DNA from: Patescibacteria group bacterium
GTDB lineage: Bacteria; Patescibacteriota; Dojkabacteria; J137
Length of the DNA: 64,000 bases
Direction: 5' to 3'
NCBI GenBank assembly: GCA_016861265.1
Contig: BOLA01000001.1
Location: 11,569-75,568 of the forward strand
This document shows positions 37,828 to 47,927 of this stretch, piece by piece. Each line of letters begins with the position of its first letter. Positions within the stretch are counted from its first letter, which is position 1. The position numbers and the translations under genes were made by a program. The notes beneath the pieces are model-generated. The model was not told the DNA's origin. It did not search any database and was given only the letters and a program-made list of their open reading frames with translations.

Positions 37828-38181
37828 ATGAGAAAAAGTCAAAAAAGAGAAAAAATTCTGGAGGTGTTTAAAGATGGCGATCTTCTAACTGCTCATCAGG
37901 TAACTGAACGCCTTCCAGACATAGATAGGGCAACTATATACAGAAATATAGCTTTATATGTTGAACAAGGAATATTAAGAGAAGTAAATGTTCAAAAAAA
38001 TGTATCTAGCTACGAAATAAACAAAGAACACGACTATCATCAGCATTTTATTTGCAATAACTGTAACAAAATAATTCCAGTAGATATAAACCCGGAGGAT
38101 ATAAAAAAGATAATTCCAAAGTTCTTAGTAGTAAAGGATTTTGAACTTAACATAAAAGGTTTATGTAAAAATTGTGATTAA
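37828..38181 (+). CDS. Fur-family metalloregulator (likely Zur given the divergent ZIP transporter)
   Basis: Fur-like N-terminal HTH (REKILEVF...LTAHQV). HHxHxxC...CxxC metal sites (HDYHQHFICNNCNKI...CKNCD). The ORF track begins at 37795. The ATG at 37828 gives a typical Fur length. Confidence 0.8.
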   Translation: MRKSQKREKILEVFKDGDLLTAHQVTERLPDIDRATIYRNIALYVEQGILREVNVQKNVSSYEINKEHDYHQHFICNNCNKIIPVDINPEDIKKIIPKFLVVKDFELNIKGLCKNCD

Positions 38182-38221
38182 TTAGTCTTGCTAAATAAAA
38201 AATTAGTAATACAATTAATGC

Positions 38222-39322
38222 ATGCTTACCCTACTTTATAAGAATATTTTTAAACCAATCGCGTTTAAATTTGATCCTGAATTTGTTCATGACCAGATTA
38301 CACTAACAGGTATATTTTTGGGTAAGTTTAAAATTACCCGAAGATTTACAAAGTTATTACTCTCTTATTCTTCTAATAATCTTGTTCAAACTGTGGATGG
38401 AGTAAAGTATTTAAATCCTGTTGGATTATCTGCTGGTTTCGATAAGAATGCTAAGCTCTTAAACATTTTGCCTTCTGTAGGTTTCAGTTTTGAAGAAGTA
38501 GGTTCTGTTACATTAGAAGAATACGAAGGTAATCCAAAGCCAAGACTATATCGCTTAAAAAAATCAAAAGCTCTTGTTGTATATTACGGATTAATGAATA
38601 AAGGCGTTAAAGTTATATCACAAAAAATAAAGAATGCATTAAAAACAGATATGGTAATAGGAGTATCTGTTGCAAAAACTAACTGCACACGTACTTCGGA
38701 TGAACAAGCTGGAATAGAAGACTACTATGAATGTCTTAAGTATCTAGTTGATAATAATATTGGAGATTACTATACAATAAATATTTCCTGTCCTAATACA
38801 TTTGGTGGCGAGCCATATACTACAGAAGATAAGTTGGAAAAATTATTGAATAAACTTACTCAAATTAGAGTAAATAAACCTATTTACGTAAAAATGCCAA
38901 TTAATTTACCGATTCAAGAATTCGATAAATTAATACAAGTAATAGTTAAGTATAAAATGAATGGAGTAATTATAGGTAATCTTACCAAAGTAAGAGATCC
39001 TCAATTAATTAAAGATAGTATTCCAGAAAATGTAAAGGGTGGAATAAGCGGCATTCCAACACAGGAACTATCAAACAATTTAATTACACATACCCATAGA
39101 AAATACGGAGACAAGTTAACGATTATAGGTGTGGGAGGTATTTTCTCTGCAGCAGATGCATACGAAAAAATAAAAAGAGGTGCAACATTAGTACAATTAA
39201 TTACAGGAATGATTTTTGAGGGACCGGAATTAATAAAACAAATAAATTCAGGTCTTGATAAATATTTAAAAATGGACGGATATACTAATATTTCGGAAGC
39301 TATAGGTGCCTATAATAGATAG
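38222..39322 (+). CDS. pyrD: dihydroorotate dehydrogenase (quinone), class 2
   Basis: 366 aa. N-terminal membrane-association helix. LNPVGLSAGFDKNAK and GSVTLEE..GNPKPRL blocks. C-terminal IGVGGI. Confidence 0.9.
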   Translation: MLTLLYKNIFKPIAFKFDPEFVHDQITLTGIFLGKFKITRRFTKLLLSYSSNNLVQTVDGVKYLNPVGLSAGFDKNAKLLNILPSVGFSFEEVGSVTLEEYEGNPKPRLYRLKKSKALVVYYGLMNKGVKVISQKIKNALKTDMVIGVSVAKTNCTRTSDEQAGIEDYYECLKYLVDNNIGDYYTINISCPNTFGGEPYTTEDKLEKLLNKLTQIRVNKPIYVKMPINLPIQEFDKLIQVIVKYKMNGVIIGNLTKVRDPQLIKDSIPENVKGGISGIPTQELSNNLITHTHRKYGDKLTIIGVGGIFSAADAYEKIKRGATLVQLITGMIFEGPELIKQINSGLDKYLKMDGYTNISEAIGAYNR

Positions 39323-39647
39323 TTAATCGTCACTTCCCACTACAAAAAAGTTAGCAATCCAGGCCACAAATAAAAATGTAGCCATATACACATTTCGAAT
39401 CATATACTCTACCCTTTTTATTAAAATAAGCTAAGGATTTTACCAATAAAACCCTGCATGTCAATTACATACTTTGTAAATAATATGTAAATACTTGCTC
39501 AGGTTTAAATTGTTCAATCTGGATTTAATCATGTATTTTTGTTAAAATAACCCGATTAACTTGAATAATCTATAAATTCGCCATATAGCATATTTAATGA
39601 GTATATAGATAATTCGGGTTAACAACTTTAAATTTTATGGTTGAGCT

Positions 39648-40211
39648 ATGGCAGCAACATCTGAGTTATACAGGGGAATGATCATTGAATTCAATGGCGA
39701 GCCTCACATTCTAATAGAAAAAGAATTTAGAGCAATGGGAAAAGGCTCTGCATTCAATAGAGTTAAGCTAAAGAGTATTAAAACCGGAAAATTTGTAAAC
39801 CAGGTTTATAAATCTGGTGAGAAGGTAGAAGAATTAGAAGTTTCTACTAGAAACATGCAATTTTTGTACGCAGATTCGGAAAATGCATATTTTATGAATC
39901 CTGAAACTTTTGATCAAGTTACTGTATCATTAGATTTAATCCCTGGAGGAACAGATTATTTACAACCTGACGCAAAATATGTAATGAGTTTCTATAACGA
40001 TGAAGTTATTTACGTTCAATTGCCTGGAAAAATCGCATTAAAAATAATCGAAGCTCCTGATGCAGTTAGGGGAGATACCGCTAACAATGCAACAAAGGAA
40101 GTAACAGTTGAAACTGGTTTAAAAGTAAAAGTACCATTGTTTATTAAGAATGGTGAAAAAATCTTGATTAATACGGAAACAAACGAATATTATTCGAAAG
40201 CTAACGAATAA
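39648..40211 (+). CDS. efp: elongation factor P
   Basis: 187 aa. KPGKG-type loop region (...AMGKGSAFNRVKLKSIKTGK). EF-P OB domains throughout. Confidence 0.95.
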   Translation: MAATSELYRGMIIEFNGEPHILIEKEFRAMGKGSAFNRVKLKSIKTGKFVNQVYKSGEKVEELEVSTRNMQFLYADSENAYFMNPETFDQVTVSLDLIPGGTDYLQPDAKYVMSFYNDEVIYVQLPGKIALKIIEAPDAVRGDTANNATKEVTVETGLKVKVPLFIKNGEKILINTETNEYYSKANE

Positions 40212-40216
40212 ATACC

Positions 40217-40242
40217 AATCCCCAAGAAATTGGGGATTTTTT
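40217..40242 (+). terminator. rho-independent terminator after efp
   Basis: AATCCCCA-AGAAAT-TGGGGATT followed by TTTTAT. Confidence 0.6.
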
Positions 40243-40288
40243 ATGTTAGTTTAAATAAGTTAATTCTATTTGCAGTACAAAACTGAAT

Positions 40289-41398
40289 TTGATTATGAAT
40301 GATAATTTAAAAACTTGGCAAAAATTAAAATCAAATCCTACACTATTTCAAAGGTACTTTATTAAAGAATACTTAATAAAGGCATGCAGAAGATTCTTTG
40401 AGAATAAAAATTACCATGAGCTTGAAAGCCCAATAATAACAAATGCTTTACCACAGGAACGATATCTTGATGTTTTAACTACCAAAATTGAGCTAAAAGG
40501 CAATAAGTCTAGGATAGGCTACATTACACCCACAACAGAAACATACAATAAAAAGATTTTAGCGGCAGGGCTTGGTGAACATTTTGTTATTACAAAGGTA
40601 TTAAGAGGTTTGGAAGAAATTAGCGATAATCATTCACCTGAGTTTACTATGCTTGAGTGGTATCACTTAAACGCAACTTATAAAGACCTAATGACTGATT
40701 GTGAGCAGCTATTTGCTTATATTTTTAAATATATAAAAGAAAGCTTAGAAAACGAACAGAAATTAGGCAGATTTCCAATAGACCTTACCCCATTTCAAAA
40801 CGATAATAAGATTAATTATCAAGGACTAGAGATTGATTTAGCAGCACCATGGCATAGAATTTCGATCCCACAAGCGCTTATGCAATATGCAGGAATTGAT
40901 TTAGAAAGAATTCAAGCTGATAAACAGTTTAGAGAAGTAGCAATAGAAAAAGGCTACAACGTTGGCCAAGAGGATGATTGGCAAAGAATTTTTGAGTGGG
41001 TGTGGGAAAAAGAAGTTGAGCCAAATCTACCGAAGGACAAGCCAGTGTTTGTTTACGATTTTCCAAAACAAATATGCGTTTTAACTAAAGTTAACATAGA
41101 AAATCCATTAGTCTGTGAACGAATTGAAATTTATCTTGCGGGAAAAGAAATTGGTAACGGATACACTGAACTTATAGATGCAGAGTACCAGAATCAAAAG
41201 TTTATAGAGGAAGCAGAAGCACGAAAAAAGCTTGGTCTTCAAGAAGTAGCATTTGACCATGATTTAATTAATGCAATAAGAAGCGGAATGCCTAATGTTG
41301 CTGGAATTGGTGTGGGACTAGATAGAATTGCCATGATTTTAGCCAACGCTAAATATATTTCGGATATAAACTATTTTCCAGTTAGTGAGTGGGACTAA
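40289..41398 (+). CDS. epmA: EF-P lysyl(beta-lysyl)ation enzyme EpmA-like class-II LysRS paralog (catalytic domain only)
   Basis: 369 aa. Class II motif 2 region HSPEFTMLEWY. Motif 3 GIGVGLDRIAMIL. No N-terminal anticodon-binding OB domain. Located directly downstream of efp. Confidence 0.65.
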   Translation: MIMNDNLKTWQKLKSNPTLFQRYFIKEYLIKACRRFFENKNYHELESPIITNALPQERYLDVLTTKIELKGNKSRIGYITPTTETYNKKILAAGLGEHFVITKVLRGLEEISDNHSPEFTMLEWYHLNATYKDLMTDCEQLFAYIFKYIKESLENEQKLGRFPIDLTPFQNDNKINYQGLEIDLAAPWHRISIPQALMQYAGIDLERIQADKQFREVAIEKGYNVGQEDDWQRIFEWVWEKEVEPNLPKDKPVFVYDFPKQICVLTKVNIENPLVCERIEIYLAGKEIGNGYTELIDAEYQNQKFIEEAEARKKLGLQEVAFDHDLINAIRSGMPNVAGIGVGLDRIAMILANAKYISDINYFPVSEWD

Positions 41399-42134
41399 GA
41401 TGAATCCTAATAATATAACTTCTAAATACTACAATCTTGTGAGTTCACCGCTTAAGGGTATTGATGTTACCGACGAAGAAATTGGTCTTATTAATAGATT
41501 AGTACCTAATGGCAGTAACATTTTAGATGTAGGCGCCGGAACAGGCAGACATTCTTTAATATTAAGTAAGTTAGGCTTTAATGTTACTGCCATTGATTCA
41601 AGTAGACCAATGTTAAATGAATTAAAAATTAGAGATGATAAAAAACTAATAAATGTAATCAATAAAAACATTTATAAATTTAATACTACAGATAAGTTTG
41701 ACCTTATAACCCTATTCTGGAATTCATTTAACGAAATAGCATTAACAAAGAACAATGCATTGCTACTGCTTAAGAACTTAAAACGTCTCCTAAAACCAAA
41801 TGGACAAATCCTTATAAACATTGATGATTCAAGTTCTATAGACCCTGCTGCATTCAATTTTGAGACTATAAAGTTTGACGGCGAATTAAAATACAAAATG
41901 AAGTGGACCACATCAAAATATTTTGCAAAGACTAATACCTCGGTTTCCAGAGAAGAAGTGGAAATTTACAAAGGAGATAAATTGCTTGATTCAAGAGTAA
42001 CATTTATTAAGCAAAGATATTGGTCTTTCTCAGAGATAGAATTGTTATGCCAAATTTGCAATTTGAAGGTAGAAAATTACAGTCTAAAGACTTCAAATGA
42101 ACTGTACCTGGTTTTAACTACTTTGAGTAAATAA
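41385..42134 (+). CDS. class I SAM-dependent methyltransferase
   Basis: Motif I ILDVGAGTGRHSLIL. Acidic motif II after a beta-strand (VTAIDSS). An alternative start ATG at 41400 would avoid the 14-nt overlap with epmA. Confidence 0.7.
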   Translation: MSGTKMNPNNITSKYYNLVSSPLKGIDVTDEEIGLINRLVPNGSNILDVGAGTGRHSLILSKLGFNVTAIDSSRPMLNELKIRDDKKLINVINKNIYKFNTTDKFDLITLFWNSFNEIALTKNNALLLLKNLKRLLKPNGQILINIDDSSSIDPAAFNFETIKFDGELKYKMKWTTSKYFAKTNTSVSREEVEIYKGDKLLDSRVTFIKQRYWSFSEIELLCQICNLKVENYSLKTSNELYLVLTTLSK

Positions 42135-42876
42135 AGTGCATTAAACCAGTAATTACAATTGCTGCGGTTTCTGCTCGCAGTACTGGAGCATCAAAATGCA
42201 CAAATTCTAACTTCCATTTTTTTGCCCACTCGTGCTCCCTGGGTGAAAATCCTCCTTCAGGACCTACAACAAAAGCAATTTTCTTGCTTTTAGAATTTGC
42301 TTTGATCTTTGTTAAAGACTTAACTTCTAGTGACTCTGGTATTTTTTTTCTTGGAATGGTAAAGAAGTATACTCTATCGTAGTTCTTAAGTTCTGCACCC
42401 AATTCTTTGAATACTATTCCATTTTCAATTACAGGAACATCTATTCTTTCACTTTGCTTTGCTGCAGACATTGCAAGTTTATTCCATCTATCAAGCTTTC
42501 TTTCTACTACATCAACTTTTGTTTGAGAAAAATCACATTCCACCGGAATAATACTACTAACTCCTAGTTCTGTGGTTTTTTCAATAATGGTATCGAATTT
42601 GCCGGCCTTTAATAATCCCTGGAATAAAGTAAATCTTAATTTATCCGAATCCTCAAAGGTTTCTTTTAATAATTCTTCAAGTTTAACTAACACAACTTCC
42701 TTAGTAACAAGGGTTAAGATAGCAGAATATTCCCTTTCGCCATTGAACACTAAAATTCTATCACCTTTTTTAAGTCTTAGCACTTTTCTAATATGAATAA
42801 TATCTGTATCAGGCAGCTTCACTGAGCTGCCTATTCTTAGGTTTTTTCTTTCGGTAAAAAATCGATTTAATCTCAT
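42118..42876 (-). CDS. rsmE: 16S rRNA (uracil1498-N3)-methyltransferase RsmE
   Basis: 252 aa. MRLNRFF start. PUA-like N-terminal domain. SPOUT C-terminal domain with ...VVGPEGGFSPREHEW. Confidence 0.75.
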   Translation of the reverse strand: MRLNRFFTERKNLRIGSSVKLPDTDIIHIRKVLRLKKGDRILVFNGEREYSAILTLVTKEVVLVKLEELLKETFEDSDKLRFTLFQGLLKAGKFDTIIEKTTELGVSSIIPVECDFSQTKVDVVERKLDRWNKLAMSAAKQSERIDVPVIENGIVFKELGAELKNYDRVYFFTIPRKKIPESLEVKSLTKIKANSKSKKIAFVVGPEGGFSPREHEWAKKWKLEFVHFDAPVLRAETAAIVITGLMHFIYSK

Positions 42877-42879
42877 ATA

Positions 42880-43548
42880 CTATTTATTTTGATTAGCCTC
42901 TGCTTGTTTTATATAGGCATCAATTTTAGCATCGAAATCATCGTATGTTGTCATTTTAAATAGTTTTCCATAAAAGAATACAGAAGGTGTAGATGGTGCT
43001 CCCATTATCTTTAAAGCATCTTCCTTTTGTTTTCTCATTTCTGCCTTAACCTCATCGCTAACTCTATCCTGGCTAAATTTAGTTAGGTCTAGTCCTAGGA
43101 ACTCTGCTAATCCATCAACACGTACTGCAGAAGATGCGAATAGAGCTTTCTCGTCTTCTGAATATGTAAATACATTATTGTTTGGAGATTTTGCAAAGGT
43201 AACCCATTTAAATAAACCTTCAGCGTACTCGTTACCCTTACCCTGTTTTGCTGCGGCTATTTGAGCGTAAGAATATTCAACAGAGGTATCCGGTGTTTGT
43301 CCTGAAGTTAAAAACGGAAGGTTCTTTAATTGAATATTGGCCTTTTCTCCATATTTTTCTCTTGCAGCTTTTACAGTAGGCTCAAAATCAGCACAGTGCG
43401 GACAGTTGAAATCCATATATACTTCTACCTGCACAGGTAGGGTTGCATCCGCCATGGACTGCGCATTCTTATTATTAGCAAGAAAAGCCAAAAAGCCAAC
43501 ACCTAGTACTACTACTAGAATCACCCAAACAAACGAAGGAATCTTCAT
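42880..43548 (-). CDS. DsbA/BdbD-like thiol-disulfide oxidoreductase, membrane-anchored
   Basis: N-terminal TM (FVWVILVVVLGVGFLAFL). Thioredoxin fold with CPHC active site (DFNCPHCADFEP). Confidence 0.7.
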   Translation of the reverse strand: MKIPSFVWVILVVVLGVGFLAFLANNKNAQSMADATLPVQVEVYMDFNCPHCADFEPTVKAAREKYGEKANIQLKNLPFLTSGQTPDTSVEYSYAQIAAAKQGKGNEYAEGLFKWVTFAKSPNNNVFTYSEDEKALFASSAVRVDGLAEFLGLDLTKFSQDRVSDEVKAEMRKQKEDALKIMGAPSTPSVFFYGKLFKMTTYDDFDAKIDAYIKQAEANQNK

Positions 43549-43608
43549 ATTTAATTTTTTAAAATTTAAATTTTTTGAATATTAATAATTTTACTAGCAA
43601 ATTACCTT

Positions 43609-44757
43609 TTACAAAACTCTTTTATACTCCGAAATTAATAGGTCAATTACTGTAACCCATTTGTAATCGAAACTTTTAGCAATGCCATTTTTTCCTAATT
43701 TTATATATTTGTCTTTATTCAATTTAATCTCTTTAATATGCTCACTCCATTTATCAAACTCAAGTGGATCAATAATTTTACCAAAATCGTTATTTATAAT
43801 TTCGGGTGCGCCACCTTTATTTGTAGCTACTATATATTTGCCTTGGGTCATTGCTTCGACAAGAGTAATTCCAAAGGGTTCATACACACTAGGCAGTAAA
43901 AAGATATCTATAAAAGCATAAAAGCCCATTGAATTTTTCACATTAATGTATTTTTCGGTAAATAATACATTGTTGCAGTCTTTATATATTTCCTTCAGGT
44001 GCTCCAGATAACCACCATCTCCACCTGCAAATATAAATAAGCAGTCTTTATTATCCTCTGCAGACTTTAAAAGGTTTTGAATTCCCTTTACATAATCCAT
44101 TCTGCAAAGACACCCTAAAACCAACTTGTAGTCAGATTTATTTAATTTAAACTCCTTAATAAATATATTATCTGAATCCAATTCTTCAACCTGTTCAAAG
44201 TAATCATCCCTTATACCGTTTGGAATTACAGTTATTCTTTCAGGTTTTATATTTAAATATTCGCTTACAAATTCCTTTTCTGAGTTTAAAAGAGCAATGT
44301 ACGAATCAACCGCAAAGGAAAAGATTCTTAAAATTGAATCAAAGAACTTAACTCCTTTACTCAATCTTGCCTTTCGCTTGGAATCATCAACTACATAGGG
44401 ATTATGCCCTGTAATCACAAGTTTCTTACCTCTAAGTAGCTTAATAAATATTACGGGCAGCAGATGTGCATCGTGTGAATTATGTACATGAATTACATCA
44501 AATTTTGCTGTAAGCAAGTTAAGCACTAACAACGGCGAGAACCGAAAGAAATATCCAAATCCAAATAAGTACCTAAAGCGTTTTACATTTTTCTCCTTAG
44601 ATGCGTTAAGTCTTTTAGTACTCCCATGAGAAGCATCTGTTGTATAGACTTCTACATTAACCCCTCTTTTTGTTAAGTTGGTAAAAATTTCTTCTACCTG
44701 CCTTTCTACACCTCCAACAGAAGGTTTATAGAATGTTGAAAGCAAAATTATTTTCAT
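43609..44757 (-). CDS. glycosyltransferase family 4 (GT-B, retaining)
   Basis: 382 aa. C-terminal EX7E-type motif (SVYEPFGITLVEAMTQG). Confidence 0.8.
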   Translation of the reverse strand: MKIILLSTFYKPSVGGVERQVEEIFTNLTKRGVNVEVYTTDASHGSTKRLNASKEKNVKRFRYLFGFGYFFRFSPLLVLNLLTAKFDVIHVHNSHDAHLLPVIFIKLLRGKKLVITGHNPYVVDDSKRKARLSKGVKFFDSILRIFSFAVDSYIALLNSEKEFVSEYLNIKPERITVIPNGIRDDYFEQVEELDSDNIFIKEFKLNKSDYKLVLGCLCRMDYVKGIQNLLKSAEDNKDCLFIFAGGDGGYLEHLKEIYKDCNNVLFTEKYINVKNSMGFYAFIDIFLLPSVYEPFGITLVEAMTQGKYIVATNKGGAPEIINNDFGKIIDPLEFDKWSEHIKEIKLNKDKYIKLGKNGIAKSFDYKWVTVIDLLISEYKRVL

Positions 44758-45887
44758 TTAAGAATATAGTTGTTGTGAATATAATTTATTAGCAACGTAA
44801 TAATTACTAGAATTGCTATCGAAGTATACATAAAAAACCTATATTTTTTAAATAATCCGTATTGATTAAGTTTGTAAAAATATGGCAGCAACAAAAATGG
44901 ATACACAGGAATTATAAATCTTAGGCCTAATATTACATCGGATAACTTACCTGGAAAGCTTTCATTCTTAAAAAGTGTATAAAAACAAAGTACACCCAGA
45001 ACCGTTAAAATAAATAATAAACGTCTTTTTATTTGGGTTCTAAAAAGTATTATTAACGAAAAAGGATAAAACATGTTTAATAACACAAAATATTTAAAGA
45101 AGATTGCGGGTATCTGTTCCCAAATAATTGAACCTTCTTCCGAAGAAAAATAATACCCCGATCTAAACATACCTCCATAATATATATAATTAAATATTAA
45201 AATGCTTACTATCCCCAATAAAAAGGTAATATGTACTATCCAAAATCTCTTCAAAAACACAGAAAGCCTTTCACCTTTTTGGTACTCATAAATAAAGTAC
45301 ATTCCAATGACTCCTATTGGAATAATATTCGTATAACGCACATAAAGAGCCAGTGTAATTAGTAGTCCAACTATAACTTTATAAGACCAGTTTCTGGATA
45401 TATTTAAGAAACAGTAGAAAATTGATAATAATAAGACCATTGAATACATTTCTGATAATACCGTTCTACTAAAGAACGTAAATGCAGGAAACAAAGCAAA
45501 AAAATAAATAAATCTTTTATCAATCCCATAAATTACAATTATTCTGTAAAAGATTATTATTCCTATAATAAATACAGTTAATGTTATAAATGCTGCCAAT
45601 TCTAAGGTCGTTAATGCTGCGGGTATAAGAAAAAATGATGTTCCTACATTATATTTAGATATGCAGTAACCAAGGTTAGTAGGCCACTGTCCAGGAATAT
45701 TAAGACTACAATCAGTTTTTAAGTCAGAAGTTACTATTAGTTGGGCATTATATAAGTAGTCATGTTCGTCAATTGTGACAAAGGTTCTTGGGTAAAATGC
45801 TAGAAAAGCCGGCAATACACACAATATAGAAAATATAAGGTGTTTTGCCGGCTTTAAGTAATTTATTATTTTTTGCATTTTAGTCAC
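44754..45887 (-). CDS. polytopic membrane protein, GT-C-like (possible glycosyl/mannosyltransferase or polymerase)
   Basis: 377 aa. ~11 TM helices. ATGA overlap with the GT4 gene. The true start is probably the ATG at ~45879 (MQKIINYLKP). Confidence 0.45.
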   Translation of the reverse strand: MTKMQKIINYLKPAKHLIFSILCVLPAFLAFYPRTFVTIDEHDYLYNAQLIVTSDLKTDCSLNIPGQWPTNLGYCISKYNVGTSFFLIPAALTTLELAAFITLTVFIIGIIIFYRIIVIYGIDKRFIYFFALFPAFTFFSRTVLSEMYSMVLLLSIFYCFLNISRNWSYKVIVGLLITLALYVRYTNIIPIGVIGMYFIYEYQKGERLSVFLKRFWIVHITFLLGIVSILIFNYIYYGGMFRSGYYFSSEEGSIIWEQIPAIFFKYFVLLNMFYPFSLIILFRTQIKRRLLFILTVLGVLCFYTLFKNESFPGKLSDVILGLRFIIPVYPFLLLPYFYKLNQYGLFKKYRFFMYTSIAILVIITLLINYIHNNYILK

Positions 45888-46272
45888 TTTCCTCTATTGG
45901 GAAAAGCACTGTACCAGTAGATTTTTCAATTATTTTAATGGCAAAAACAGGGCAAGATTGTGCACTCGCTAAGATAACCTCGTCTTCATCAAAATCATCA
46001 ACATCGTTTCTTAACTCTGCCTTATTTTCTTCATTCATAAAAAAGGTTAATGGTGCTATGGCCGCACACGATGCCGCACCAATACATTTATTAATATCAT
46101 ATTCGATAATATACTTACTTTTATCCGTGGTAGCTCTAAAAAGTCCTTCGGATATCTCCTCTATTTTAATTTTTTTTTGCATATCTGTTAAAGCCGGATT
46201 ATTGCTTACTGCTTGAAGTTTGGGCTGATTCGCGGTAGTATTATCTGCATTAGGATTACTGTCATTTTGCAT
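45880..46272 (-). CDS. single-cluster [4Fe-4S]-type ferredoxin-like protein with N-terminal extension
   Basis: 130 aa. DINKCIGAASCAAIAP ... SCPVFAI resembles monocluster ferredoxins (C-x2-x-C...CP). Confidence 0.55.
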   Translation of the reverse strand: MQNDSNPNADNTTANQPKLQAVSNNPALTDMQKKIKIEEISEGLFRATTDKSKYIIEYDINKCIGAASCAAIAPLTFFMNEENKAELRNDVDDFDEDEVILASAQSCPVFAIKIIEKSTGTVLFPIEESD

Positions 46273-46333
46273 AATATAAGATCTTTATCTAAGTATAGGT
46301 AAATATTAACATAAACACGAATACACTAAAATA

Positions 46334-47893
46334 ATGAGTAAAGAAAGAGCTTTTAACGATAGATTTTTGCAAAGAATATTAGAAATTATTCCAGGAGTTT
46401 TAATTTGGATTTTTCTTTTATCACCTCTCTGGTTAGGATTTTCGTTTCCGTATTTAATAATAAACATATTGGTTGTACTATCTGTTTATTGGGTTTACCG
46501 AGCTTTTATTCTTTCAGTTGGGACAGTTATTGGGTACTTTTTTGTATGGAGAGCATCAAAAAAGGATTGGCTTAAGGAATGCCAATCACTAGATAGAAAC
46601 CTTCTACCTGAGCCTGAGACATTACCTAAGGGTGGTGTATTGCCTAAACATTTAATAGTAATTGCAAACTATGGAGAAGAATATGATGTAATAAAAAGGT
46701 CTATAAATGCTCTTTTAGAGCAGAACTACCCAAAAGAACTTATATATTTAGCTGTTTCAATTGAAGAAAGAAGAGCAAAAAGAGATCTTGATTATGCTAA
46801 GAGAGGAGAATACCTTAAAAGAGATTTTGGCGAAGTTTTTGGAAACAGATTATTCTTTTTTGTTCACCCGGAAAACATTGATGGCGAAGCAATTGGAGCT
46901 GCCGCAAACAGAGCCTGGGGAACCAGAAAAAGTGTCGAATTACTTGAAGAGCAAGGTGAAAATATTAATGAATTCTTAATAACTGCACCGGATGGAGACT
47001 TGGTATTTAGCAGAGATTATTTAGCCTCACTTACATTTAGATGGCTAACAGTAGAAAAACGAAATCAAAAGTTTTACCAGACAGCTTTATACACTTTTAA
47101 TAATAACTATTGGGATGTTCCTATTCTTGTAAGAATATTAATGGTGGGTCTAACTCTTCCAGTACTATCCTCTTCGGTGCTGGAAAAGAATAAAAGAGAA
47201 ACATGGTCCTGCTTTACTCTCAATCTAGGAGTAATGAAAGCTGTAAATTACTGGGACACGTCCCTAGGAATTGACGATACGACTTTCTTCTGGAGACCTT
47301 ATTTCCATTTTAATGGAGATTGGAAGTGTGAAGTATTCTTTACACCATTAAGTGCGGATGCAGTTTACAATAAGAATTACTTTAGAAACCACATTGATCA
47401 ATACAAACAGTATGTACGTTGGGGTTGGGGTGTAATAACATTTCCTTTGGCTTTAAAACAATTGTTAAATAATAAAGACATTCCATTCATAGAAAGAGCC
47501 ACAAAAATTTATCATTTATTTGAGGTATTTATATTCTGGAAGGTTCTTGGTTTCTTAATTGCGTTCGGCATTCCAATTGTATTCCTTGTAAATTATGAAC
47601 TAAGTAGACAAGTAATTTCAATTACAGTTCCGCAGACTGTGTCTAACTTACTAACATTGGCTACTCTTTTTCTAATTCCAAACACTATAGTAAAGATTTT
47701 TATTATTCCAAAGAAACCGGCAAAAATGAGTTATCTTAAGTATATAGCTATATTAATAGCTGAAGTTCCTTTCAATATTATTTCTTTGTTTACATTCGGA
47801 TTTCTTCCATTTATTGAGTCCACAACAAGAATGATGTTGGGACAAGAACATACTAAAAGAGTAACATGGAGCGAAAAGCAACTTGTAAGATGA
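46334..47893 (+). CDS. membrane-embedded GT2-like glycosyltransferase (519 aa)
   Basis: N- and C-terminal TM bundles flank a cytoplasmic GT-A-like region (HLIVIANYGEEYDVIKRSINALLEQNYP; DGD motif APDGDLVF). Confidence 0.55.
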   Translation: MSKERAFNDRFLQRILEIIPGVLIWIFLLSPLWLGFSFPYLIINILVVLSVYWVYRAFILSVGTVIGYFFVWRASKKDWLKECQSLDRNLLPEPETLPKGGVLPKHLIVIANYGEEYDVIKRSINALLEQNYPKELIYLAVSIEERRAKRDLDYAKRGEYLKRDFGEVFGNRLFFFVHPENIDGEAIGAAANRAWGTRKSVELLEEQGENINEFLITAPDGDLVFSRDYLASLTFRWLTVEKRNQKFYQTALYTFNNNYWDVPILVRILMVGLTLPVLSSSVLEKNKRETWSCFTLNLGVMKAVNYWDTSLGIDDTTFFWRPYFHFNGDWKCEVFFTPLSADAVYNKNYFRNHIDQYKQYVRWGWGVITFPLALKQLLNNKDIPFIERATKIYHLFEVFIFWKVLGFLIAFGIPIVFLVNYELSRQVISITVPQTVSNLLTLATLFLIPNTIVKIFIIPKKPAKMSYLKYIAILIAEVPFNIISLFTFGFLPFIESTTRMMLGQEHTKRVTWSEKQLVR

Positions 47894-47927
47894 AATTTAA
47901 GAGTTTTTGAACTACAATATCTAAAGT

